Shown one piece after another: positions 1-11,519 of a DNA stretch of 64,000 nt. A program made the translations under genes and the position numbers. This DNA is from Azolla caroliniana (lineage: Eukaryota; Plantae; Polypodiophyta): assembly GCA_043228905.1 (NCBI GenBank), contig JBHGNT010000016.1:14322001-14386000 (forward strand). Reading direction: 5' to 3'. The notes beneath the pieces were generated by a model that did not search any database, had not been told where the DNA came from, and was given only the letters and a program-made list of their open reading frames with translations. Each line of letters opens with the position of its first letter. Positions within the stretch are counted from its first letter, which is position 1.

Positions 1-915
1 TGCGTGAGGTCGTGGATGACTGAATTTTGAAAGTGACTCCCTTGATCACTGATGAGCTCGATGGGGCAGCCAAAATGGCACCAGATGTATTCATTCAAAA
101 TTTTTGTCGTAGATGCTACCGTGTTATCCCGTAACACCTTTGCTTCCACCCACTTAGTGCAATAGTCCGTCCGTGGCTACCAGAATATATCTATTACCCG
201 TTCGCATTGCTGCTAGTGTAAAGGGTCCCACAAAATCAAGACCCAACTTCTAGTATGGATCTAGCGGAACAACGGGATGATGTGGCATTCTCACGCCCTC
301 CATGGGCTGACCCAATCGTTGACATAAATCACACTGCTTGTAATAGAGGTGCGTATCCTTTTGCATGGTAGGCCACCATAGACTGACTTGCCATATTTTT
401 CTGGTGGTAACATCTCCCGCATAGTGCCCCCTTGCTGTACCACAGTGAGCTTCGCGCAAAACAGCCTCCTTCTCACCCTGACGTACCCCGCATCGCAAAA
501 TTCCATCATTGCCCTTGTGATAAAGTATTCCTTCAACCATGCAAAAGTTACGGCTACGGATAGCCAATCGCTTCTTTTCGTCTGTCCTTAATTGTGGCGG
601 TGGCACTCCTGTAGTCAGAAAGTACGTCATTTCCATTAGCCATGAATCTAGAAATTTTTTGTCTTCCCGTGACGCTATCATCGCGACTTGCAGAACGTCC
701 GCATCAGGAAAGTCATCGTCATCTTTCCTTGTAGTTTCGCCGTTATCCAGCTAGCTTGCTACGGCGTGCTGCGTACCTGGGCAATGCTAAATTATGAAGT
801 CGAATTCTGGGAGCAATAGCATCCATCTAGCCAATTTTCCTGTCAGCGCCTCTTTCTCCACAAGTTAGTGCAATGCCGCATTATCTACGTGAAACGTAAA
901 TTTTCGCCCCAGTAG
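1..915 (-). pseudogene. pol: Degenerate RNase H-integrase region of an old non-chromoviral (Athila/Tat-like) Ty3/gypsy element
   Basis: Minus-strand translation gives the RNase H end (HYLLGRKFTFHVD...GKLARWMLLL.EFDF), the integrase zinc finger (EAHCG..GHYAG...KQCDLCQR, ORF 250..681) and GLDFVGP. Several stops and frameshifts; runs off the window start. Confidence 0.85.
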
Positions 916-920
916 ATAAT

Positions 921-1571
921 TGTTGAGAGTCAACGCTCCGATTCTTTTTCACCGCTCGGCCACAACCGAGTAAGCACGAATCAATGCAGCAGAAAATAGG
1001 AAACCACAGAGAGAAACACGATAACACGGGGATTAACGTGGAAAACCCTAAACGGGAAAAACCACGGGAGTACAAGACTCCGAACCACCACTATACACAG
1101 AGAAGTATACAATGGCGAGCTGCAAGGCGACGACCTTGAGCTCGCTATCCTCGCCACAGGCGGCGGTATTACACAGAGGCGTCGACCTCTCCCTCTCTCT
1201 CTCGCTCTCTCTCTTGGCTGCTCTCACTTCGCTCCCTCTAAATGAAAACAGAAAAAAAATGAGCAACAACAAAACACAGTGTTTGCCCTAAGTCATATTT
1301 ATACACATATGACTTTCGGGCTATTTACAAATATAGCCTCAAGGGCCCTTGGCAAACATATTCACAAATATGTCCCCGCATCCGGATCTCTCTCCGGGTA
1401 CATTCGTCATCCGGCTCCGTAGCCGGGGTCTCCATCATCCGGCTCCGTAGCCGGGGTACTCTTCATCCGGCTTCATGCCGGGTACTCTTCATCCTCCGGT
1501 TCTGTAACCGCAACCGGGCTTGCCGTCATTCATCTCCGGACATCCCATCCGGAGGGACCGATATCCCAACA
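921..1571 (-). repeat. 3' LTR of the Tork-like Copia
   Basis: Direct repeat of 5661-6311; contains ~26-bp TCATCCGGCT... tandem units in U3; PPT (minus AAGGGGGAGTT) at 1572-1582. Confidence 0.96.
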
Positions 1572-1581
1572 AACTCCCCCT

Positions 1582-4500
1582 TCACTTCGGCATGGGATGT
1601 CTCTCCAATCCGATCCTCTTCCGGCATGCTTCCAGCTTGTCGGGTGTGAGTACTTTGGTCAGCATATCTGACCCGTTCTTGTCCGTGTGGATCTTCGTCA
1701 GCACGAACTCCTTGTCTTCTATCCTTTCCCGGATCCAGTGGTATCTACGCTGGATGTGTTTTGTCCGGGAATGGTAGGCAGCGTTCTTTGCAAGGTGGAT
1801 GGCACTCTGAGTGTCGCAGTAGAGTCGGTACTCCTCCTGCCGGATACCGAGCTCTCTAATGAAGTCCTTCATCCATATTATTTCCTTGCCGGCTTCAACG
1901 GCCGCCATGTACTCTGCCTCTGTGGTTGACAACGCAACCGTCTTCTGCAGCCTCGACTGCCACGAAACGGCTCCCCCTGCATACGTCATCACATACCCTG
2001 ATGTGGACCGGCTGGTATCTGCATCAGCCGACATATCCGAATCGGTGAAGCCGTCGAGTTCGGGCTTACCGGAGCCGAATCGGAGGCACACGTTTGCCGT
2101 GCCCTTCAGGTATCGGAGTATCCACTTAGCCGCGTTCCAATGCTCTTTGCCGGGATTGCTCATGTACCGGCTCACCACTCCGACTGCATATCCGATGTCC
2201 GGTCTCGTACACACCATGGCGTACATCAAGCTCCCGACGGCTGAGGCATACGGCACTTTCATCATATCCTCCTTTTCAGCCTTTGTCTTGGGACTTTGCT
2301 TGCTGGACAGCTTGCAGTTTGCCGGGAGGGTCGATCCGACCGGTCTTGCTTCCGACATGTTGAACCGTTTAAGCACCTTTGTCACGTACTTCTCCTGTGA
2401 CAGCCACAACTGCTTCTTGCTCCGGTCCCGGATGATGTGCATCCCAAGTATTTGTCTCGCCGGACCCAAGTCCTTCATTGAGAAGGTTCGGTGAAGAACC
2501 TTCTTCAGCATCCGTATCTTGACTGGTCCCGTCCGACGATCAACATGTCGTCCACGTACAGGAGGAGTATTAGAAAGTCTCCTCCTTCGAACTTCTTCAC
2601 AAACACGCAGTGATCGGACTGCGTTTTGTGGTACCCTTCGCCTGTCATGAAGGAGTCGAACTTCCGGTACCATTGCCGGGGAGCCTGCTTCAGACCGTAA
2701 AGGCTCTTCTTCAACCGACATACCAGGTGCTCCTTCCCTTTCTTCTCGAATCCTTCCGGTTGCTGCATGTAGATCTCTTCCTCGAGGTCACCGATCTGCT
2801 TTACCTCGAGGTCCACGCTTGCCGCTATGCTCAGCACCGTCCGGATGGAGGTCATCTTCACTACCGGGGCAAATATCTCGTCGAAGTCGACGCCCTTCTT
2901 CTGCTGAAACCCCTTCACCACGATCCTGGCTTTGTATCTCGGGGGGTTTCCGGCATCTCCCGGTTTCAACTTGAACACCCACTTGTTACGGAGTGCCCGT
3001 TTTCCTTTCGGCAACTCCACAAGTTCATATGTGTGGTTCTCATGTAGGGAATCCATCTCCTCCTGCATGGCACTTAACCACCTGCGGCTATGGGTGTCAT
3101 GCTTCGCTTCTTCAAAGCTCTCCGGCTCCCCCTCGTCGGTTAGCAGCACGTGCTCTGGTTCCGGAAATCTCCGGGGGGCCCTTCTCTCTCTTAGAGGATA
3201 TCTCCGTTCCGGAGCTTCGGTAACCGGTTCTTCCGATTCTTCTTCATCCGAATCCATTTCGGGATCAGGGCCGGTTCCGGTATCATTTTCATCTTCTTCG
3301 GCCGGTTCTGTTTCTTCACCATCTTCGGCCGGATCTTCGAGTGTTAACCGGTCCCTTGCCGGTCGGGACTGCTCCTCGTAGAGTTGATCCTCACCGGTCG
3401 ACTTGGAGCTCTTCATCTTCTTCTCCGACTCCCAGTCGGCGAGTGTCTTGTCCTCCATGAAGATGATATCTCGACTCCTGAATATCTTCCTGTCGACCGG
3501 GTCCCATACTCGGTAGCCGAACTCGTCATCGCCGTAACCGAGGAATATGCATGGCCGGGTCTTTGGATCTAGCTTTCCTCTCCGGTCCTTTGCCACATGA
3601 ACATATGCGAGACACCCGAATACCTTCAGATGCCGGTAGGACACTTCCTTACCGGTCCACACTTTCTGCGGCGTGTCTCCGTCCAAAGGCACTGAGGGTG
3701 ATCTATTTATCACATACGTAGCCGTCGACATTGCCTCAGCCCAAAATCCCTTGGGTAATTTCGCATGCGCCAGCATACTCCGGACCCTCTCCATTATGGT
3801 CCGGTTCATCCTCTCGGCCAGCCCGTTCAGTTCCGGCGTCTTCGGCACAGTAAACTCGAGCCGGATTCCCTTCGAGCGACAGTACTCCGCGAACTGCCCC
3901 CGGTATTCGCCTCCGTTATCCGCTCGTATCGCTTTCAGCTTCTTGCCGGATTCCCTTTCCACTCTCGCGTGGAGTTCTTTGAAGACGCACAACACTTGGT
4001 CCTTTGTCTTCAACGGTGCCGTCCACAGCTTCCGGCTGTGGTCATCAATGAATGTCACGAAGTACTGGGCTCCGCCATGTGACTTCGTTTCTACTTGACA
4101 CACGTCAGTGTGCACCAACTCCAATGGTGCGCTACGTCTCGTCGGTGGCCTTGAGTGGAAGGAGGTTCGGTTCTGTTTACCGGCCAGGCAATCGGTGCAC
4201 TTCTCCAAGTGCACATGCTTCACTGGAATGAGGTTGTCTTCTGCAAGCCTCTTCATCCCCTTCTCACTCATGTGGCACAGTCTCTTGTGCCACAGCTCGC
4301 CGGCAGTGTCGGCTGCCACGTTCAACTCTTCCGGACACAACCGGGCATTCATAAGGTACAGTGTGTTGACTTTCCGGGCCCGAGCCACTATCAGGCTCCC
4401 TTTGCTGAACTTCATAACACCGTTCCGGATGCTACCCGTGTAGCCTTCATCATCTAGCCTCCCGGCCGAAATCAGGTTCAATCGAACCTCCGGAACGTGT

Positions 4501-5630
4501 CGGACATCCTTCAGCAGCATTTTGCATCCGGTCGAGGTTGTTAACCACACGTCTCCTCTGCCGGCAATCTGGCACGTACCTTCATTTCCCATCCGGACAT
4601 AGCCAAGCTCACCAGCTGTGTAGGATGAGAAGTATCTTCTCTCCGGGGTCAGGTGGAACGATGCTCCGGAATCGACCACCCAGGTCGTCTCATCGCCGGC
4701 AATGTTTAGTTCACCTTCTTCGGTGATGAGCATGATTTCTTCCTCACTTGCCGCGAGTGCCGTTGTTCCTTTCCGGTCCTGCCCTCGCCGATTCGAACCT
4801 CTCCGGTCCGTGGCTCCCCGGTATGCACCGTTTCTCTCCGGTGACTTCTTCGAATCGGTGTCGTCGGCTCCGTTGTCTTTTCGGTAATGCCGACAATTCT
4901 TTCGGAAGTGCCCCGGCTTCCCACAGTGGAAGCATGTGGGTCTTCCTCTTGACTGCGACCGGGTCCCCGACTTCTCCCGTCTTTGTGGACTCCGGTTCCA
5001 TTGTCTTCCCCGTTCCGATTCGGTAAGCAGCGCCTTCGAGTCGGAGGCCGGTTCTTTATCTCTCCGACGCGCTTCTTCGTTCAAAATACTTGTCTTTACC
5101 GTTTGTAAGGACAAGTTATCTTCGGTGCAGGAGGTGCTGAGAGTCACCACCAAGTTCTCCCAGCTTTCCGGCAATGTACACATCAGAATGATGGCTTGCA
5201 TTGCATCCTCCAACGGGAACTTGATCGCCGCAAGCTGGTTCACGAATCCCATGAACGTGCTTACGTGTTCCACCATACTCTCGCCGTCGCGGTACTTGAG
5301 GTTCACTATCTTCCTCATCAGGGAGGTCCGGTTCAACGCATTCTTCCTCTCGTAGAGGCCCGACAGCTTCTTCCACATCTCATATGCGTTGGTGTCGTTC
5401 GCCACATGTTGTAGAACGCTCACGTCGACGTATTGCTGAATGGTTGCAACGGCTTTCCGGTTCAGAAGCCTCCATTCCGACTCAAGTACCCCCTTCGGTA
5501 TTTCCGACCTGTCAATCGGTTCGTACAGGTCCCGAACAATCAGAAGATCCTCCATCTTGATCTTCCAGTCGGCGTAATTCTGCGCATTTAGCACCATCAT
5601 CCCCGGCTGCCCGCTGCTGCCGCCTTCCAT
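1582..5630 (-). pseudogene. gag-pol: Copia gag-pol with a 24-bp RT deletion and a 1-bp frameshift
   Basis: ORFs 2505..5648 and 1582..2721: CCHC knuckle CFHCGKPGHFRKNC, protease VVDSGAS, GAG-pre-integrase and integrase core, RT YVDD, RNase H. Compared with 50304-54377, MDVKTAFLH is collapsed at 2793/2794 and one base is lost near 2522. Confidence 0.93.
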
Positions 5631-5646
5631 TTTCTGCACTGCCGTC

Positions 5647-5658
5647 ACTCTGATACCA
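5647..5658 (-). promoter_or_regulatory. Primer-binding site for initiator tRNA-Met
   Basis: Minus strand TGGTATCAGAGT, 2 nt from the 5' LTR; 11/12 match to the canonical TGGTATCAGAGC. Confidence 0.92.
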
Positions 5659-5660
5659 CT

Positions 5661-6311
5661 TGTTGAGAGTCAACGCTCCGATTCTTTTTCACCGCTCGGC
5701 CACAACCGAGTAAGCACGAATCAATGTAGCAGAAAATAGGAAACCACAGAGAGAAACACGATAACACGGGGATTAACGTGGAAAACCCTAAACGGGAAAA
5801 ACCACGGGAGTACAAGACTCCGAACCACCACTATACACAGAGAAGTATACAATGGCGAGCTGCAAGGCGACGACCTTGAGCTCGCTATCCTCGCCACAGG
5901 CGGCGGTATTACACAGAGGCGTCGACCTCTCCCTCTCTCTCTCGCTCTCTCTCTTGGCTGCTCTCACTTCGCTCCCTCTAAATGAAAACAGAAAAAAAAT
6001 GAGCAACAACAAAACACAGTGTTTGCCCTAAGTCATATTTATACACATATGACTTTCGGGCTATTTACAAATATAGCCTCAAGGGCCCTTGGCAAACATA
6101 TTCACAAATATGTCCCCGCATCCGGATCTCTCTCCGGGTACATTCGTCATCCGGCTCCGTAGCCGGGGTCTCCATCATCCGGCTCCGTAGCCGGGGTACT
6201 CTTCATCCGGCTTCATGCCGGGTACTCTTCATCCTCCGGTTCCGTAACCGCAACCGGGCTTGCCGTCATTCATCTCCGGACATCCCATCCGGAGGGACCG
6301 ATATCCCAACA
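5661..6311 (-). repeat. 5' LTR of the Tork-like Copia
   Basis: 651-bp direct repeat of 921-1571, adjacent to the PBS. Confidence 0.96.
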
Positions 6312-6331
6312 AAAATAACGGAACGCATCTG

Positions 6332-7079
6332 TAATTGTTACGGCGTTCAATTTCCGATAGTCTACGCAAACGCGGATTTTGCCATTTTTCTTTGGTACTA
6401 TGACTATTGGGCTTAGCCATGTTGCTTGCTTAACTGGTCGAATAAATAATTGTTACGGCGTTCAATTTCCGATAGTCTACGCAAACGCGGTGTCGTGAAG
6501 AAAACCGTCCCCAGGCGCAAACCGTGTATAGTGTGTGTGAACCGGCCCTTACACGTGGGCACGTCCCTTGTCGTATAGTAGATAGGTAGGCACAAAGGTT
6601 AAATCCTAGGTAGCAATATTCTATAAGGGAAATCGAGGAGTATCTTTGTCCGAAAGGACAGAGAATTAATGTGATGTAAACGGGTGAAACAACCTCCCTC
6701 CTTGAGCTATAAAAGAGAGGGAGACAGGGGAGAGAAGGGATCACGTGCTAGAAGGAACGAAGTGCTGTCGGACTGGGACCGAGCTCTTCTTCTCTGTCGT
6801 TCTCCATAGCTTTCTTTTGCGCAGGTTCTCAGGAGGCTGATTCTGCTCCTTGGAATGCTCGTGTGCTTCCGGCAGAATCTCCATCTTGCTCTCCTGTGTG
6901 CGTGGGTGATCAGGCGTCGACATCCACCTCGCCGACCTGGTCGGCTGTAACGGTTCGAGTCGTCTGCATACATACAAATACATGCCTATATTTACATACA
7001 CACTCTAGTGTTCTCAACTCGCGTCTCCTATGTTGTTGTGACGTGTCCCCGTGCACTTCTTTGTCTACACGTGAGTGAG

Positions 7080-7115
<36 letters not shown>

Positions 7116-7260
7116 TCACCTATTCCTCGGTCCAAGACCCCAGTGGTCCCGCCTTATTCTCCACGCACGCGCATAACAATGCGACAACGGATTTTGCCAT
7201 TTTTCTTTGGTACTATGACTATTGGGCTTAGCCACATTGCTTGCTTAACTGGTCGAATAA
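6332..7260. repeat. 115-bp tandem duplication of the RT start; the second copy is split by a solo LTR
   Basis: Copy 1 at 6332-6445; copy 2 at 6447-6490 plus 7191-7260. Confidence 0.88.
6491..7186 (+). mobile_element. Solo LTR (696 bp) related to the 47739 and 61448 gypsy LTRs
   Basis: TGTCG...CGACA termini, 4-bp TSD GCGG/ACGG, TATAAAAG, a (CT)n tract and the U5 motif GTCCAAGACC..GTGGTCCC shared with 48481 and 61480. Confidence 0.87.
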
Positions 7261-10200
7261 ACCCTGCCTTGAGAAGTTTGTCACTTTCCTCTTTTACGTG
7301 AGCCGCGTAATTCGGATTCATTCGATACCGACACTGTTGTACAGGTTGCATCGGTAGCTAAGTTGATCTTATGCTGGTAAAACTTCAAGTCCAACCCCTT
7401 CATGTCTTCGTGGGACCAAGCGAACACATCTTTATATTCCTTGAGCAACACTATCACTGCTTCCTTCAGACTTGGGGGTAAATCCTTTGCAATCGAGACT
7501 ACTCATGGATCCGTTGTTGTTCCGACGTTGACGTCTTCTAATGCTGAGGCGGAGACTCGCTGTGAGATTTCCATTTCCCGGTCAAATGCTACTCGTGCCC
7601 TACTTAGCTCTAGTAACGATTCTGGATCCGGCTCGTATGCCTCTTCTTGAAGCGTATTACTTGGCGCGTAATCCGCAACGGTTTCTATAATATCAATCTC
7701 AAATAATGGGACGACCCGCGGGTGATCATCAAGGTATGCTTCCAGCTCCGCAGCATCTACCCCTTCTAGCATATTTATGTCTTCTGTATATAATGGTGTT
7801 ATGCCCTTGGGTTGTGCAACCATTTCTTGAGTGGGTACGTGGATTATGTTGTGTCCTCGTCGGAAACTGATACAATTATGTTGCCAGTCCTGTTTGATGT
7901 TAGCCACCCGAAGCCACGGTCTGCCAAGCAATATTGGGTACGCTCCTAGCGCGTCAAGTGCCAATAACATTTCCGAAATGTCAAAACGATGACTACCGAT
8001 GATAATGCCTAATTTCCGGACTGATCCTAAGGGTCGGACAGATCTGGTGTCTCCATTCGAAGCCAAAAGGGGCAAACTTCCCAATTCAAAATTCTTAATC
8101 GTTCGCATGTAATCATACTATTGACATTGACGTCGGAACCCCCATCGACTATACATTCGTCGACATCTTGACCTTGTATCACTAGTTTAATGGCTGGGTT
8201 GTGATGGTCTACCACCGTTGGACCGGAACTAGTTTCTGCAAAATTTGTCGAGACATCTATCCCAGATGTGCCCATAATCCTCTTATCACTGCTTGTCGGA
8301 ATCGTGGAGCCAGTTGGAGGAGCTTCTCCATGGTCATCGTTATCTCGTAGTCTGCAAAAGCCTGCCATATGGAATACGGTGATGTTGTATCTTCTCCCCT
8401 CGGTAAGCTGTTTGTGGATTGCTACCTCATATGTTCCATATTTGCCACGTTAGCTTTTTCTACCTAGGCTTGGGCCACTTTACGTATCTCCTCTTGCACA
8501 TCCCAATCCGCGTTCTTGGTTTGTTGCCCTTGCTGAACTTCCACCGTAATCGTATTTGGCATAAGAAACAATGGACACTGGACTCTCTCTCTAGTGGTGT
8601 AGCCGTTTCCGTTGCTATTGCTTGTTCATCCCAATTTTGTTGAAGCTTCTTGTTATTCCGTGGTGGTTGCCGGGGTTCGCAATGTGTCTCCTGGCGCCGC
8701 TCATCTTCCGAACTTTTGTCATACCAACATTGGTCCTTATACTGCCTATTATGTCCCTGTGGCCATGGTCCATTGAATCCCCCGCAATTGGTTGCAAAAC
8801 GTCCATTGTTATAACAATGTCCCCCATTATTATATCGGTTGTTTCCCCGATATTCTTCATCCTCTAGTTCCTCATCATTGGAATATAAGTTGTTATTCTG
8901 GTGATTACGGTAGTGATGGTCTTCGTGCAGATTTCGTTCCGTATATCGTGTCGTTCATCTTGTCGCCCTTGATCATTTCGACGAAGTAGCTAATGTGGTT
9001 CTACGCGTCGTACTGTGGGTGTAGGTCTGTTAAGCATATTGTATTCACACTACTCGACCGTGTGTGCCTTTGAGTGACAAATGGGGCAATGAATTCGCAT
9101 ATTGCATTCCACCTTGGAATGCCCGGAGTTGAGACAGATCGTGCACTGAATAGCCTGGCGGAAGCGATGTTCCTCGTCCTGAGGTAACGCCTAGCGTAAC
9201 GACGACATGGAAAATCCTTCATCTTCTTCTTCCAATTCGAGTTGTAAGGCTTGCTCGATAACCATATTGGTTGTTTCCCCTTTCACACTATACGGGTTCA
9301 ACGTCGTTCTGATAGGCCGTGGGAGGGCTGCCAAAAATGTCTCCTTAACTTCCTCATCCGTTGGGGCCCGTGTAAGCTGTCGTCGTAGACTTTGGAAACA
9401 TAGACTAAAATCCTCAAGGGATTCTGTTGGAGATTACTTGATGGTGTAAAATTGCCCAATAATCTCTCGTTGCAATACCCTTCTATGGAAAAATCGCAAA
9501 AATGCTGATTGTAGCTTATCGAAGTTCATGATTGCTGCCTGGTCCATTTGAGAGTGCCAGCACGCCGGTCTACCATCCAGAGTTAATCTGAACTCTGCGA
9601 TCTTTGATCCGTGCGCCTCCACTTCTAGAAGCCGCTACGCCATGTGATTAGCATTCCAAACATTTGGGAACAGTCGGATGTGTCTTCCGGCATTTGTTTC
9701 GTCGTTGAAGTGTGGATAGGAGAAGGCCATTCCGGACGCTATGGTGGACAGGAAAGATAACGGTTCTTGTGTGGTGACATGACTTTCTGCTTGACGTCGC
9801 GGTATTCTGTCACCGTGGAATCGACTTTGTAGTCCTGAAATGAATAGCTATGACGAGGTTTTTGCTTTGCGCGCTCCTCTATCTGGCATATGATTTCCCA
9901 CGTGAGTGGTCTGTCTTGCCAGGTCAGTTCTCTGGGTCGTCTACGACTAGACATCCATCCCTTGTTGTTCATCTGCGAGAAATCATAGACCACAAGGCGT
10001 GCCAAACGTGTTACCGATATGGAACATTGTCTATCTTCCGTCCTTCGAGATAGACCTCAAGGGGATTGCGTGGCAAGGTATGACGCCACACGAGGCATGA
10101 GCCGTAATCCATTAGTTATGTAATAATGTGTATCTAAGGGTGAAGGTTCACGGCTATGACCGAGAACCTGAGTGCACTACTACGCTGACTCTTACCCTAT

Positions 10201-11055
10201 GTTTACAGAGACGCACTTACAAATAGCACAGAGATTACACAAGACAGCAGGGGTTGCACAGACATAGAGAATCAAAGAAGCTAAGATTCTATTAAAAAAA
10301 ACCTCACGCTCAAAATTACATGCTCCCTCCTACAAAGGATTTATGCCCTTTATATACACAGGGTGTTTAGCTGATCACGCTTCTCGCGTTAACTGTTACA
10401 TCTCTTTCCTTAATGCTTCTAATACATTTTTCATATTTTATGCATTTATGTCAGGTAGTTACAATAGGAAATAGTCTGGATTCAGAATCAATGACACTCA
10501 AACGAAGGAGGTAGCCTTACCAACCTACTCGATGTCGAATCCATATTGCAGAGTTTAATAACAGGTGTCAGCGATCCAGAGGCATTTGTGGCATTTGAGT
10601 TGGGTTCAAACAGTGAACGAAGCATGCACTAAAACTATCGATCAAGTCACGTCACGATGGACGAGTGAGAGGGACGAATCCGAACACACACCAACACCAT
10701 AGTCAGAAATGATGATACTGACACCACCAGCACAAGAAGTGTTTCCGGAACAACAATCAGAAGAAGAGAATAATCGTACGCCAACACCATCGGAACAACA
10801 ACCGGAGGAGGAAGAGGATCGTGTGCTAACACCACCAGTACACGAACCCATACAAGAACTGGAATGGGTCAGACAAGAAGATAACATGCCAAACCCATAC
10901 CCCAACTACCGTGATGAACCAAACATGGAAGCACATGTCTATACCTTTTTATAGAGATGGGAGGCCAACCATATCTCACATCAACTAATGGAAGCAAAAG
11001 CCGAACAATCGAAAATAGATGAATTCAGCCTATCATTGGAAGGACCGGTGGTGCG

Positions 11056-11498
11056 TGTCAGGAGTAGTATTAAGACAGAGAAGTACTGTCAGGAACAGTA
11101 CTAAATCAGAGAAGGAATTAGTACTCAAAGATGATGATTAGTACTAAGGGAGGTGTTGAACTCTTGAGAGAAGGAAAGAGTGAGTGAGTGAGAGAGAGAA
11201 TGAGGATAACAAAAGATATATATTATGTTAAGGGAATATACAATAGTAGCTAAGAGGCTTAGGACTGGCGTTGAACCGATTTGGTTCGAAATAATGCCTT
11301 GTACCTCCTTTTATAGTGTTCTTAGGAGTACTCCTAAAGTTTCTAGAATGTTCTAGAGAATCTGGAATATGCCTCAATTTTCTATAATAAAACTTAAATG
11401 AAAATATTATTTTTTGTATTGCAACATATAGTCTAATGGTCAAAAGCTCGACCCATGTAACATAAGGTCATGGGTTCGAGTCTTGTCATATCATGACA
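11056..11498 (-). repeat. 3' LTR (443 bp) of the Tcn1-type element
   Basis: Direct repeat of 12678-13285; minus-strand TATAAAAG starts at 11314. Confidence 0.9.
11422..11494 (+). promoter_or_regulatory. tRNA-derived Pol III type-2 promoter-like cassette, antisense in U3 (degenerate second copy at ~13209-13281)
   Basis: A-box TAGTCTAATGG at 11429-11439 and B-box GGTTCGAGTC at 11473-11482, with tRNA-like spacing of 44 nt; cloverleaf stems mostly unpaired. Confidence 0.6.
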
Positions 11499-11519
11499 CT
11501 ATCCCCCTTTTAAACGACA

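Larger units (their letters stand above)
921..6311 (-). mobile_element. Full-length Ty1/copia LTR retrotransposon, Tork/Tnt1-like, coding-defective
   Basis: Two 651-bp TG...CA LTRs (2 differences seen), iMet PBS, PPT, gag-PR-IN-RT-RH order. Flanks ATAAT (916-920) and AAAAT (6312-6316) form a near-TSD. Confidence 0.96.
6317..9740 (-). pseudogene. gag-pol: Degenerate gag-protease-RT N-terminus of the same Athila/Tat-like gypsy, interrupted by a solo LTR
   Basis: Gag (KIAEFRLTLDGRPACWH, 9434..9622), protease (CIVDGGSDVN, YPILLGRPWL) and RT start (WLSPIVIVPKKNGKIRVCVDYRKLN); many stops. Confidence 0.82.

Noticed and set aside
1048-1272. Small ORFs with ERERER or LSLSLS runs (also 5788, 6910, 49781, 54565)
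   Set aside because: Translations of (CT)n/(GA)n microsatellites within LTRs.
1375-1520. Regularly spaced ~26-bp repeats (also 50090-50230, 54880-55030, 47820-47890) resembling a CRISPR array
   Set aside because: The units are contiguous with no unique spacers, lie inside LTR U3, and there are no cas genes; these are ordinary LTR tandem repeats.
1687-5414. Numerous 60-210-aa plus-strand ORFs (likewise 50409-54413 and 56216-59437)
   Set aside because: Antisense or alternate-frame shadows of GC-rich gag-pol; they recur only because the element is repeated.
10050-10650. 5' LTR of the 1-9740 gypsy (similar LTR-like texture at 14550-15020 and 18065-18640)
   Set aside because: I could not identify termini, a PBS, a TSD or a partner repeat.
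11422-11494. Functional tRNA gene (also 47935-48006)
   Set aside because: Acceptor, D and anticodon stems do not pair; reported only as A/B-box cassettes.
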